A DNA stretch of 64,000 bases from Catajapyx aquilonaris (taxonomy: Eukaryota): positions 1 through 64,000 of the forward strand of contig JYFJ02000929.1 in assembly GCA_000934665.2 (NCBI GenBank), given 5' to 3'. The notes under the pieces are model-generated. The model was not told the origin of the DNA. It saw only the letters and a program-made list of their open reading frames with translations, and did no database searches. Positions 49,073-60,929 of this stretch are shown here, one piece after another; position 1 is the stretch's first letter; each line of letters opens with the position of its first letter. A program made the position numbers and the translations under genes.

Positions 49073-50060
49073 ATGGGGAGCCTTCCTTCCAAGCTGGTCC
49101 ACGTCACGTGGCGTGGGAGACGTGCCAGGGAGAATGGGCATGTGAGTATTTAGGGTGTGGTCGAAAATTGCAACTTATATTATGCACTTTTCCAGGCCAG
49201 TTCGTGCAAGACTTTTTCAGATCTCCCCCCTGAGTTGAAGGCCAAGGTCATCTCTTACCTGCCTCAGAGAGACCTGGCCCTGGGGGCGGCCCTGGTGTGC
49301 AAGGAGTGGCACGGTCTTGCCATGGATCCCAAGTTGTGGAGGACAGTGAATCTCAGAAGGTTCAACAAACTGGACTTGGACAGTGCGAAGAAGCTGATTG
49401 ACAAGAAAAAGGTCAACTTGAAGGGAATTGCAATGGACGGATGGGAATTAGAGGAGTCAGCTCGATTACTGGACTTCATCATCAACAATTTTCCGGACTT
49501 GGAAAAGTTGGTCCTCAGCAATATAAAGACTATGACCATGATATGTAGACCCGGTTTCGTAAGTATATTATTTTACTCCACCGTGTTAGGCGTAGTACAT
49601 AGAAGAGCAATAATTATCTCTTCCATTATTTGTGGTGCCCAAATCGGTCAGGGTTTTGTGAGGGGCAAACCAGCAAGGTTGGTTGTCACCGTGTTCATAA
49701 CTGAAACCCGACACTAACTATTTTGACCCGCAGGTGCATGACGTCACTGAAGGAGCTGAGGATTAGATGCGTGGATTTTTATGGCTTCATAATGCACCCA
49801 CTGGACATATTTGCCGATTGCCCCAACCTGGAGAAGCTATTCCTAGCCTTGCACTGCAATGTTCACCTGATGAGTCCCAGCTTAGATGTGAAGAGAAATT
49901 GGCCAAAACTGAAGGAGGTGGAGCTCTACCTGGGGATGGGTCAGCTTGACCGAGAGTTGGAAGTGTTGTCTGAGAGTGTTGGGGGTCAGCTGACCAGGCT
50001 AAGGATTGGTCGACTCTACAGACCCAAGGCCTACAGGGTGCTTGACCGGTGCTGCAATTC
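49073..50060 (+). pseudogene. Intron-containing F-box/LRR gene, probably truncated or disrupted; exons about 49073-49141, 49196-49558, 49734-50060
   Basis: Clear F-box FSDLPPELKAKVISYLPQRDLALGAALVCKEWHGLAMDPKLWRTVNL, followed by LRRs (FPDLEKLVL, CPNLEKLFL, WPKLKEVEL). The exon 2/3 phases do not match at the obvious splice sites, and LRR similarity stops after VLDRCC. Confidence 0.7.
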
Positions 50061-50859
50061 GGACATGGCGGAATGTCCGTCATTTCCAGGGACAATAGAG
50101 GTGGACCTGCCCATGGAACCATCCCTAATTCCACCACTGGGCGAAAATGGCATCTCTTCATTCAGATCTGAGGATGAGTGGCAACATAGCCGGACTTTTT
50201 TCTTTATAAGAGTTGGCATGACGTAATGGACCCTGAGTATCGATCCGCCAGTGTTGGCGCCTTACACTCTTCATATTGGGCTATCTATGCAATAAATACT
50301 ATGGAGAAGGGCCACGTTGTTAGTAGGCCTACAGGATGATTTTTAAGTGCATGGAAATTAATATTTTTCTCCGAAAAACTCCTTCAGGGCCCCATCACTC
50401 TCACCGAAACTCCGGGAAGCTACCACAAATTACTCACATAATGCTCACACTGTAACACTGTGATATATATTTTCAAAATAGTATTAAAACATGCTATTAA
50501 AACTCAGTTGTTGGTGCCAAAATTACATGTAGGCCTTCAATAAGGTGGCATAATCAGGTAACGTAGGCTACACCTGTTGGTTATTTTTGAAACATTTTGA
50601 AGAGTCACATAAACATAATAATATTGACCGTATATCGGTACATCTACTCTTCATCGTAGTAAACAACCTGATCTGATCAATCTGAATGATAGCAATATCT
50701 GACACATAATGTGCTCCACGATCAAAATCACAATTAAATATTGCATCCAATGCTGGCTTACGTGAAGATTATTATACTCTACGGAATGCACAACAACCAT
50801 TTACAAAATAATCGTAACTGTGTGAAGAAGACCATTACACTATATGGAATCATTCCACA

Positions 50860-52040
50860 AAAAATTACTTCATCGTCGTCATATGGCTCAATATCTGAGT
50901 CGTCATCACACACAGTAGAATTCTACTTCCAATGGAGGCCCATTCTCCAGAGAGCATGAGTCACAATAAAGTCCTGTGTCAAGGTATCATATACAGTATG
51001 AAGCAAACCGTCAATGATTGGAGGGAATGCCACGCCTGATGATGTATAAAATATTTCAGGAAATATTCGCTAATTGCCCATTCAAATGAGATTTTAAGAG
51101 TCTTGAGAACCCTGCAATTCACTCCAATGACGAATAGGCAATTATCATTTAACGGGACGCCAATCAGATCCAGATCCTCCAGCTTGTCAAACGCGCCCTT
51201 CCTGGACAGAAAGATTTCCATGCCTTTCGGCGTCCCTTCCCAACATGTCGATAATCGGAGGCTGCGAAGGTTGGTGAGGTTCCAAATTGCAGACAGCAAC
51301 ATTTCTTGAGTTCCCTCGTACCAATCACAAATCTTCAGCAGTTGCAGCTTCTGACACATGAACGGAAAGGGACAGTCGCTAAAGGTATACAGTATATGGT
51401 ATCAGCCTTAAACTTCTCCAACTGTGGTGCAATTCTTGTCAGCACTCCCATTTTCGACATTGATATTAGGTCATCAACAATAATCTCCCTCAAATTTTGG
51501 TAATGTCCGGGGACGAACGGATCAGCCGTCTCTTTTAATACGGGTGTAGTAATGGTGAATGTAGCGCACAGTCAATTTCCTCAACTTAGGACAAAACGAA
51601 AAGTACGATAGAAAGTGCATGTTTCCTGTCGTGATGGTAATTGAGGTCAATTCGCAAGAGGTGAGCTCCCAACATGATGATCCCAAAGTCAGAATAACTT
51701 CTTCTGAGACCCAGCTATTAAGAAAGACGAATTCCTGCAGGTCGGGGCAACTTGTGGCAGCAGCGCTTAAAATATCGTCATAGCATTGTAGCAGGATATA
51801 ACTTCCAGTTTCTTCAGTGATGGCGAATAATTGTGCAGCTGAGTCACGCACACATCGACAGGAATGTCACCAGTCACCTCCATCGTCTTCCACAGCCTCG
51901 AGTCGTGCTGGACAATACTGGCCCAGTACTTGCAAACTCGAGGAATGAACACCAAATGTTCCTTTGTTGTCAGATAGGAAAATATCTTAACGATGACGTC
52001 AAGTACAAGCTTGGCATTGAAAAGGTGAACATTGAACAAT
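50860..52040 (-). pseudogene. F-box/LRR pseudogene (intronless, several frameshifts)
   Basis: F-box LVLDVIVKIFSYLTTKEHLVFIPRVCKYWASIVQHDSRLWKTMEVTGDIP, then LRRs spread over ORFs 51522-51851 and 50979-51359 in different frames. Confidence 0.85.
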
Positions 52041-52099
52041 GATCATTGAACATGAAAGGTGAACAAGTGAAGCGCACAGCTGCTGACAATGAAAGTAAT

Positions 52100-52691
52100 G
52101 GTGGGTTACTCTTCAGGCTTCCCAAAGGCGAATGGATCAGGTGGACTATTGAAGGGATGGCCATGCAGGGGATTATGAAATAATAATATTGTTATTATTA
52201 ACGTCTTCAAGGACGTCTTCAGTTGATCACAGCGAGAAAACCCAGAGAACAAGTAAGTGCTCTTGAACAAATTCGCATTTGTCAATTTTGCATGTAAAAA
52301 GTTTTGGACAAGAAGCGGTCAATGATTCCAACGCGTTTCCTGCGACGGAGCAGTCGATCACGACCAATTCCTCCAGTTCTGGGCAGTGAGTGGCCACTGT
52401 CATCAAAATGTCACTGCAGCCAACGTCGACCCCTGTCAGCTTGAGAGTCTTCAGAGATGGCGACTTCTTCACCTGGGCAACGATAACATCCGCTGGGATG
52501 TCGCCCCCCACCACCTCCATCTCTTTCCACAGCCTCGCATCGTTCTGAACCACATTGGCCCACTGGCTGCACACACGAGAAGCCATCATCTTCTCCCTGG
52601 TATCCAGGTTGGAGAAGATCTTCACTTGAACATCGTACACCAACGTCTTGTTGAATAGGTCAACTGGTGGGGGTTCAGGTGCGGCTGCCAT
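52100..52691 (-). pseudogene. Truncated F-box/LRR copy
   Basis: MAAAPEPPPVDLFNKTLVYDVQVKIFSNLDTREKMMASRVCSQW..LWKEMEV. Frameshift near 52240; the last homologous fragment HPFNSPPDPFAFG is at about 52120-52165. Confidence 0.8.
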
Positions 52692-53219
52692 CGTGGTATA
52701 GAAATTATTCAAGACCAAAAGGGACGTGAGGTACAGTCTGAAAGCAGGCCATTTGGGCATGAGTATGTTATGTAGAGATAAACACATTAAGACCTTAAAA
52801 TAATAATATGAATGAGAAACGCGACAGCTATGCATCCAAAAGTGACAATCAACTGAGATTCATTGGCAGATATGTTACGAATTCACGATTTTTCGAAGGT
52901 CAAAGGAACATACAGTACATTATAAAGCAATTTACTGCCAGTATAAGCGGCAAAAATATTCACCATAATATATTTTCATTAAAATTTCATTGCAATATGT
53001 GCGATTAGTGTACAGCGCAAAAATGACTTCATTGTATGTTTTTGAAAAATATCAAAATGCGCTTCTAAAAAGGTCAAACAAAAATCAAGATTTAAAAATT
53101 CGCATTAGACTTCAATACATTACAATACAATATTTCAAACTTTGATCCCGCGTACCTCAGTTGATTGTATTTTTCGCACAAGTGTGTCGCTTTCTATTTT
53201 CTCATTCACACTTTTTATA

Positions 53220-53667
53220 CAGGGTGTATCAGAACTCTACCGTAAGCTATGTGCCAATGGCTTAATGGGCACCAGGGGATCAATTAATGTAGAGGAGTCA
53301 TTATGTCTGGGCAGCCTAATTACTGAGATAATTGATCATTTGCGATTTAGCAATTGGGCATAAGAGTGATTGTCACAGATTGTCACAGATTGTCACAAAT
53401 TGTCACAAATTGTCACAGATCACATGCGACATGCAGTACACATGCGACATGCTAGTAGCTAAATGGAAAAGCTGCTATTTTCACGAGTGATGCGATGTCG
53501 GGGCTGAAGGTTTCCATACCTCCCAGGATACTTTGTACTACGTGTTTGAAGGCAATTATCTCCGTAATGAGGCTGCCTAGACATGATGACCCCTCTACAT
53601 ATAATGATGCTCTGGTGCCCCTTATGCCATTGGCACATAGCTTACGGTAGAGTTCTGATACACCCTG
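53220..53667. mobile_element. Tc1/mariner-type MITE with ~115-bp TIRs and TA TSD; contains five 10-bp TTGTCACA(G/A)A repeats
   Basis: TA|CAGGGTGTATCAGAACTCTACCGTAAGCTATGTGCCAATGGC ... GCCATTGGCACATAGCTTACGGTAGAGTTCTGATACACCCTG|TA. Confidence 0.9.
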
Positions 53668-54664
53668 TATACACTTACAACAGTCTCCTGATCGAGTCTT
53701 CACAGGCTGTTCACCTATTTCTCAAGTCGCAGCAAAGCAAAGAGTGCGCGTCCTTCTTTTTTTCATCTGCAACAGCCCGATGTCTGCGTGTGTCGCAATT
53801 CAAGCCCCAGAAAAGGACCGGAGTCAGATGACGCAGAAGTTTGGAAAAACAATGGCATATTTCATCAATCGCGATGCACAGACGTCAATGTCGACGCAGA
53901 AATCTTCTTTGGCAGCGTCATTCTATTCTTCCGTAAACCTTGAAACATATTCATTTTGCGAAGCAATTTCGTCGAGGAATAATAATACTGTTCCGTAAGT
54001 ACTTGCAAGTTTTCATTTTAGCTGCTTTTATTACTTTTGGACTCACAATACCGTTTGTCCCTACTAAATATTGCAATGATTAGTAAGTAGGTATACATGA
54101 GATAACACCTGGATAACACAGTAAGTTAAAATTCATACTGAGTGATGATATTTATTGTTTCTCTTGCTTAATTATTGATTCAATTAATTTTACCATTTAT
54201 AGGTGGTGTGAACATCATAAGGCGTAAGAATTCATGTTAGCGACACGACGCGAAGGCACATGCCTCTTGACTCTTGACTTTTAAAGTTTTAAAGTTTATG
54301 TTACGGTAACTGTAAAGAGTCTGACACTTTTTGATACATTTTGAAGCCATTTAGACGTCGGTAATACTCATCAATACCGTATGATTAGATGTAAAATAAT
54401 TTCAGCGTTGACATGGGAAAGGGCGTAAGTCACAAAAATAAATATGCTTCCAATTTTTTTTTAAAAAAGTAGCCTGTTAAACACACGAACTGATTTTACT
54501 TTCACTTTTCATGACTTTTTGTAACACATCCAACAATGAAAAAGCTTTTGCGTAATAAGATCTGCTTTACGGTGTTCTCAAAACTGATTTTTTTCGCCTA
54601 GCCACCTGTAAAACTAAACTTTTGTGACTTACCACCCTTTCCCATGTAAACGCCTGAATTAATT

Positions 54665-57600
54665 TTAAAGTGCAGTGACCTCTCGGCCCAGAATGTAATT
54701 CTTCATCACTTCTAATTCTTGGCTAATTTCTTTCATATGCATTTCTTGAGCCTGCAGTTTTTCCGTGAGGATTTTCTCAACTTGTTCGAGACGAAGGTTG
54801 ACGTCATCCAGCTTTGGCAACTTGTCTTGCACTGTTTTGATAACTTGTAAATTATTGTCACTGGTCTCGCTGGAGTGACCTTTGTCACTTTTACTGTTCG
54901 CCATGGCACTTAGAGAGCAAACGATGTCTTTTGGAAGCTTCCAACCTTTACGATTGACCACCAGTCCAGTTCGAAGGTCAACCACTATGTGACCCTTCGG
55001 AATCTTGGGGAACAGAAGCACCTTGTCACGAACCAAGCTCCACATCTTCTTGTGAACAATCCAGCAGCAACACCATCGCTCCAATATGTCTGACATCTTC
55101 GTGTATCTGTAAACAGCAAGAATGAGCAGGAACTTAAAGACACAGTGACGCATCTTACCTGAGAAGATCGGTGAGTTTGCCTCTTAGTGTCCCTTTCTTG
55201 CTGTCGAAGAAGAATGTTTCAATGTAGCAGACGAGTTTCACTAGGGAAATGTGGCTATACAGTTCTGCCTCGTCGTATATGGCTTGAGTGTCGCTGACTG
55301 CCAAAGCGTTCAGAAGATTCATGAACACGAGGACTATGAAGAAGAGGAATATGAAGAAGAATAGATTGGCAGTGAAGGGAAGTGTCTTGAAGTCCAGATC
55401 GTCAAAGTTGACCTCACCAAGCATCATCGACAGCATTTTGAGAGCGACGGTCTGGGGACTGTTGAACATACCTTTGGCACACCCTATATTATTCCATTGG
55501 TCGTCATAATCGCAAAAATTAAATGACATGTAGAAAGTAATAACAAAACCGATCAGTACGTAGATAAACACGAGGAACACTTGTAGGTAATTCCGAAGAA
55601 CAGTGGAAAACATTGCTAAGTACTTGGCCATCACAGGGAGACGACCAATCAGAATCACGAATTCCATCCAGGAGAAGAAGATGAAGACTGACACCATGTT
55701 GGTCCAGGTCGAGCTTGAAAATCCTTCGTACCCGATAAACACAAAGAAGGGAATGAGAAGAATGGTGCCCAACTCCATGTAGTTCTCCCAACTGCAGATG
55801 TATGTTCTGAAGGAGCCAACAAATTGAGCCAACTCACGGATAAGAAGGACGAACCAAGTCAGGTACATGGTAGGGCTCACGACAGACATCGAGCTGATCA
55901 CAATGTCAAGGTAGTACTTTGTGTCGTCGCTGTTTTTCTCATCCTCCTCCATGTTCCCGTAATAATTGGCAGCTATTAGCATGTACGACCAAGAAGTCAA
56001 AAACAGTGCATACAAAGCCAGATTTAAATAGCAGAACAATGAAATGCAGTTGTACTTAAAGTGAAGGTACGATGCGAATACAGGGTGCTTCAGAAGGTTA
56101 GTCTTCGAATTCAGAAAGTACTCCAGTCTTGCATATTCGGCTGTGCTTGCTGAAGGTCTGAACAGCTCGAAATCGACGACCACGTTCTGTCCCTGCTCAC
56201 ACACGCAGCCGTCCAGGTACTCGGACAGAGTGGCCTCGTGCATGGCGTCGATCGGCGTCTGTCCAGTTCTGTCCTCTGCCCAGGGGTCAGCACCGCAGGT
56301 CATCATCTCCACGACAGTCTCTCTGGCCCTGTGTTTGGCTGCCAGATGAATAGGAGTCCGTCCCTCTGAGTCCTTGTCGTTGATGAAGAAGGGGTACTCT
56401 CCACGACGCTGCATCTTGTTCAGGATCGTCTGGATGCACTGGTCGTAGTCCTGGTTGCAGGGGTTCAGGTTGACCTGTCCGAAGGGACTGAACTCCTGGA
56501 GTTTGCTGGAGAGGCCTTGGGACAGCACGTGGAGGACGTTGCCTCCGTCATGGGTGGAGACGTGCAGACGGATGTTCCTCCGACGAAGAAGGACGTCCAT
56601 CACTCTGAAGTAGCCCCACGAAGCGGCCAGAAGAAGAGGAGGTAATGGGCAACTCTCGCAAACCACATTGGTATCCGCACCTTGAAGCAGCAAGGCCTCT
56701 ACACAAGAAGACAATCCCAACACGCATGATAGTTGAAGAAGTGTGTAGCAACCATCGTCGTCGTTTATGTCTTTGTATGACGGCAGCAGATCCAGAAACA
56801 TGTCCTCTCGTTCACAGTATAAGGATCTGAAGAGGGACACCTTCATGCCCTCCCTAGTGGCGTCTATCTCTGTGTGCTTCTTAAGAATGCTCACAGCCTC
56901 ATTGCACTTTCTGGATGCAGCAATACTGATTGATGTGGCTCCCTTCCATGACTTTGCGTTGACCAGCACCCTTTCCGCTGAGAGGATGACCTCCAATATT
57001 TCCTCGTCGAATGCCACTGACCCATCGGTGGTTCCCAGAACAGCAAAGTGAAGAGGCGTGAGTCCGTCCTTGTTCCGAAAGTTGAACTGCCCGTGAGCCT
57101 TGTCATCTGTTGCTAGAAGACGAACGACGTCACTTCGTCCGTTCAGTGCTGCCAGGTGCATGGGAAGGTTGCCCTGATTGTTCGGGATGTACTGGCTGGC
57201 ACCTCTCTTCAGGAGGTGGGTCATTATGGTCAGACCGCGACTTCTTTGTGCCAGGATATGCAAAGAGGTGTTTCCCTGGTCGTCCTGGAGGTTGACGTCG
57301 ACTTGGGTGTCCCTCAGATAAGTCAGGAGCCCGATCCAGTCCTGCTCTCTGATGGCCTGGTGCAAGGAAGGCTGCCTGGTGGACATCTTTGTCTTGCTGG
57401 TGACCACTCTCGTCGACATCCCGGTTGGATCGGTCAGCCACTCGGCCATCTCGAGGTGACCCTCTGCGATGGCCAGGTCGAAAGGCCTCTTCCCAACCCC
57501 GTTTCTGGCCCCGTAGTTGGCTCCTGAGGCCACCAGAGTCTTCGCCACCTTCATCTGGTTGTTGATGGCTGCCAGATGCAAAGGGGTGTTGGCCTCACCG

Positions 57601-58319
57601 TTCCTCCAGTCCACCTCCAGTCCCCACTGTACCATCTCCATGACCACCTTGTGGTGCCCGTACTGTGCAGCCAGATGCAGCACCGTGTTCCCACCAGAGT
57701 CCACCTCGTCCTTCAGTCGGCACCCGATGACCCTGATCGATTCCAGATGACCCCACCTGGCAGCCACGTGAAGAGGGTTCCTTCCTTCCCCGTTGACTTG
57801 GCCCGGATCGGCCCCTGCCTCCAGAAGCAGCCTGACCGACGCAGGATGGGCAGTGGCCAGGTGGAGAGGCGATTCCCCCTGTTCCTCCTTCCAGTTGACC
57901 ACTAGGTGGCCTCCTTTGTCCAGCACCCGTCTCAACACACCAGTCTGTGCCAGACACATTGGACTGTGCAGCAGTGTTCGTCCTCCTCTCCCGACGACCG
58001 CGACGTCTGCGTCTCTAGACATGAGAAGCTCCATGCATGCCTCGTCAGCCACCAATAAGATGGGTGTGTCTCCCTCGTGGTTCTTCCTGTCCGCTTCTGC
58101 CCCGTGTTCCAGCAGCAACCTGACCGATTCCAGGTCTCCTCTGGAGGCTGCCAGATGCAGAGGGGTGTCTCCAGAGGCGTTGGAGCAGTCCACGTTGCCT
58201 CCGTACCTCAGTAGCGCCTCCAAACATTCCACTTTCCCTTCTGCCGATGCCTCGTGAAGTGGACTCCACGTACCTGCTGGCCATACCTCGTCCCATCCGA
58301 TGCTCGACATATCACTCAT
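54665..58319 (-). CDS. TRPA-family cation channel, painless-like (~1200 aa); exons 58319-55159 and 55106-54665 (52-bp intron)
   Basis: Many ankyrin repeats, pre-S1 LLKHPVFASYLHFK, six TM segments, pore MMLGEVNF, S6/TRP-like MNLLNALAVSDTQAI..EAEL (LAVSDTQ is typical of Painless), and a C-terminal coiled coil. The GT-AG intron joins in frame (LR|YTKMSD). Confidence 0.92.
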
Positions 58320-59012
58320 CTTTTTGTATCACCGACTTGACGTCGCCTCTGGCCACGTCGTCAACCAATTCGTTCATATCCATTATGACTGTCTGTACCT
58401 TGCCTGCAATATTGCGAAATTTGTAAAATTATTGCTATTGTTATTTTGTGCGAGTAATTTGTAAACGAGATACCTTTTCTCCCGCTATTAATAGCAGGCT
58501 TCTCCGCAATGAATGCGAGTGTTGTAGAGTATTGGCTGTTATCGAAATCAGGTTGACTACAGGATGCCCAATATACTGGTGGTCTAGTTTCTGATAAGGC
58601 AATCACGAACACAAAACATGCACTGCTGTGCACCAACAGTACAGAACGGACTGATCAGATATACTGGACACTCTATTACCCGCCCAACGTTGATATTTTG
58701 TAATGTTATGGTACACATGAGTTAAAGGTAACGAGCAGTTGGGAATCCGCATCTGGCAAGTAGAGCACATGATTGAAAAAATGTCTGCATTTTCATAGCA
58801 AAGGTAATATTGGCCATACGTTAACCTTTATTGCACTTCAAATTTTACTTCAAACTCCCTGAAAAACTAACAGTCTTCATTTTCTGCAGCGCATGATGGC
58901 AAGTTTCATTATTTTGATTAAACCGAACGATATGGATTTCCGTACTCCCGACACCTTCCACGGTTCATATTTTTTTTGGCCAGAAGAAATATGAAAAATG
59001 AAATACTGAAGG

Positions 59013-59892
59013 TTACAAGATCACGATGTCCTGAAAGGTAATGACAATGCTGCAGATTTTATAGAATATTTTATTGGAATTCATGCATTCATGGACCATT
59101 GAGGTGCTCCTGAGCAACCTCCTGTCTGTCAGAATGGAATACATTGTTAAGTTTGCGGCCCTCAAATCAGCAACAGATTTATCAATATTATTTTCAATAT
59201 TTTCCGTTCCTGGCCAGTATGGGCCATGCATCTTTGCTCAGGTGCTTAATATGCAGCCTCTCCAGCTGAGATCCGATTCTATCCAGCACCTGCCAGTGCC
59301 AGGTTTCAGGCATGTCATCAACAATTAATTTCCTCAGATTTGGGTAGTCTCCAAAGGCGAATGGACCAGGTGGAAAATTGAAGGGATGGTCGCGGGAATT
59401 GCAATAAATGATTAGCGCCTTCAATTGAGTGCACGAAGAGAGCACAGAAAACAAACTGTGCTCTAGGACAAATTCTCATTTGGCAATTTTGCATTTAAGA
59501 AGTTTTGGACAAGAAGCGGTCAATGATTGCAACGCGTTTCCTGCGACGGAGCAGTACATCATGACCACCTCCTCCAGTTCTGGACAGTGAGTGGCCACTG
59601 CCCTCAAAATGTCACTGCAGCCAACGTCGACCCCCGTCAGCTTGAGAGTCTTCAGAGATGGCGACTTCTTCACCTGGGCAACAATAACATCCGCTGGGAT
59701 GTCGCCCCCCACCACTTCCATCTCTTTCCACAGCCTCGCATCGTTCTGAACCACTTTGGCCCACTGGCTGCACACACGAGAAGCCATCATCTTCTCCCTG
59801 GTATCCAGGAAGGAGAAGATCTTCACTTGAACATCGTACACCAACTTCTTGTTGAATAGGTCAACTGGTGGCGGTTCAGGTGGAGCTGCCAT
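59013..59892 (-). pseudogene. F-box/LRR copy, frameshifted and truncated; near-identical to the 52.1-52.7 kb copy
   Basis: Starts MAAPPEPPPVDLFNKKLVYDVQVKIFSFLDTREK. Homologous LRRs continue in ORFs 59194-59454 and 59013-59231 in other frames. Confidence 0.85.
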
Positions 59893-60929
59893 CTTCTTGG
59901 AAAAGTGAATCAGGGGTATGATGCCTATCCTGATAAAAGGACTTTATTGTAGGACACGAGTCATTATACGTAAATTTGCAGTGATCGTCAACACCTATGA
60001 ATGGATTTTCGATACTGTCTTGTGGCTTTTCAATAACTCCTGTAGAATTTGATGCAACTGATACATACTCACAGGTACAAAATGTGGACAGACAGCTTTC
60101 CACTTTTCTCTCATTCATACTTTTGTGCACTTACTCTCCAACAAGCTCCTAATCGAGTCGTCACTGGCTGATCACTCGCAAGTCGCACCACAGCAAAGAG
60201 TGTGAGTCCTTCTATTTCATTGCAACAGACGTGGTCCTCCGCAGCCCGATGCCTCCGTGCCTCGTACCTCAGGACCGAGATAAGAACCTGAGTCAGATGA
60301 CGCAGAAGGCTTGAAAAACAATGGAATATTTTCACAGGGTGACATCAATCGCGACGCACAGACGTCAAAGTAAATTATTATTTTCCAGCGTCATTCTATT
60401 CTTTTGTAAATGAGACGAGTTCATTTCGCGAAACCAATTTCGTCGTCGAAGAAGAATATTGTTCTGTAAGTACTTGCAAGTTTCCATATTAGCTGCGTTC
60501 ATTACGTGTGAACTCACAATGCTATTTGCGACATGCTATCAGAAGGTGAATGCAATATTTGACCATAACAAAAAAGAAATCACCAAGTTATGAAATATTG
60601 AATCAAAATAATTATTTTGTTCCTTCTCAACTATAAAGAGACCTTGATGAGCAATTTATTAACTACTATGTTACTTTCCATTTTGTTCATGATTTTGTAA
60701 AAATTTTGAGCATAGGCAAGTAGAAGGCGTTTCTTCCGGAAGCATCGTAATGTGTTGGAAGCAGCGTAGGCTGCAACGTAATAAAAAGTCGTGGGTTCAT
60801 ATTTTCCGATATTTTATTGGATCAAGTGGAACATCTCTTCATATTGCATGACACATATATTTCCTGGTACACTTTTTGTAACCAGTTGGCATTGTTATAT
60901 CCGCAAACCAACATACTGTGGCAGTCATT

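Noticed and set aside
53142..53703. Two opposite-strand ORFs sharing IQGVSELYRKLCANG
   Set aside because: These are the two TIRs of the mariner-type MITE.
54665..55153. Separate 162-aa gene downstream of the ankyrin/TRP ORF
   Set aside because: It is exon 2 of the TRPA gene; a 52-bp GT-AG intron joins it in frame.
57110..58296. Numerous overlapping ORFs within the ankyrin region
   Set aside because: GC-rich coding sequence gives stop-poor alternate frames; there is no independent support.
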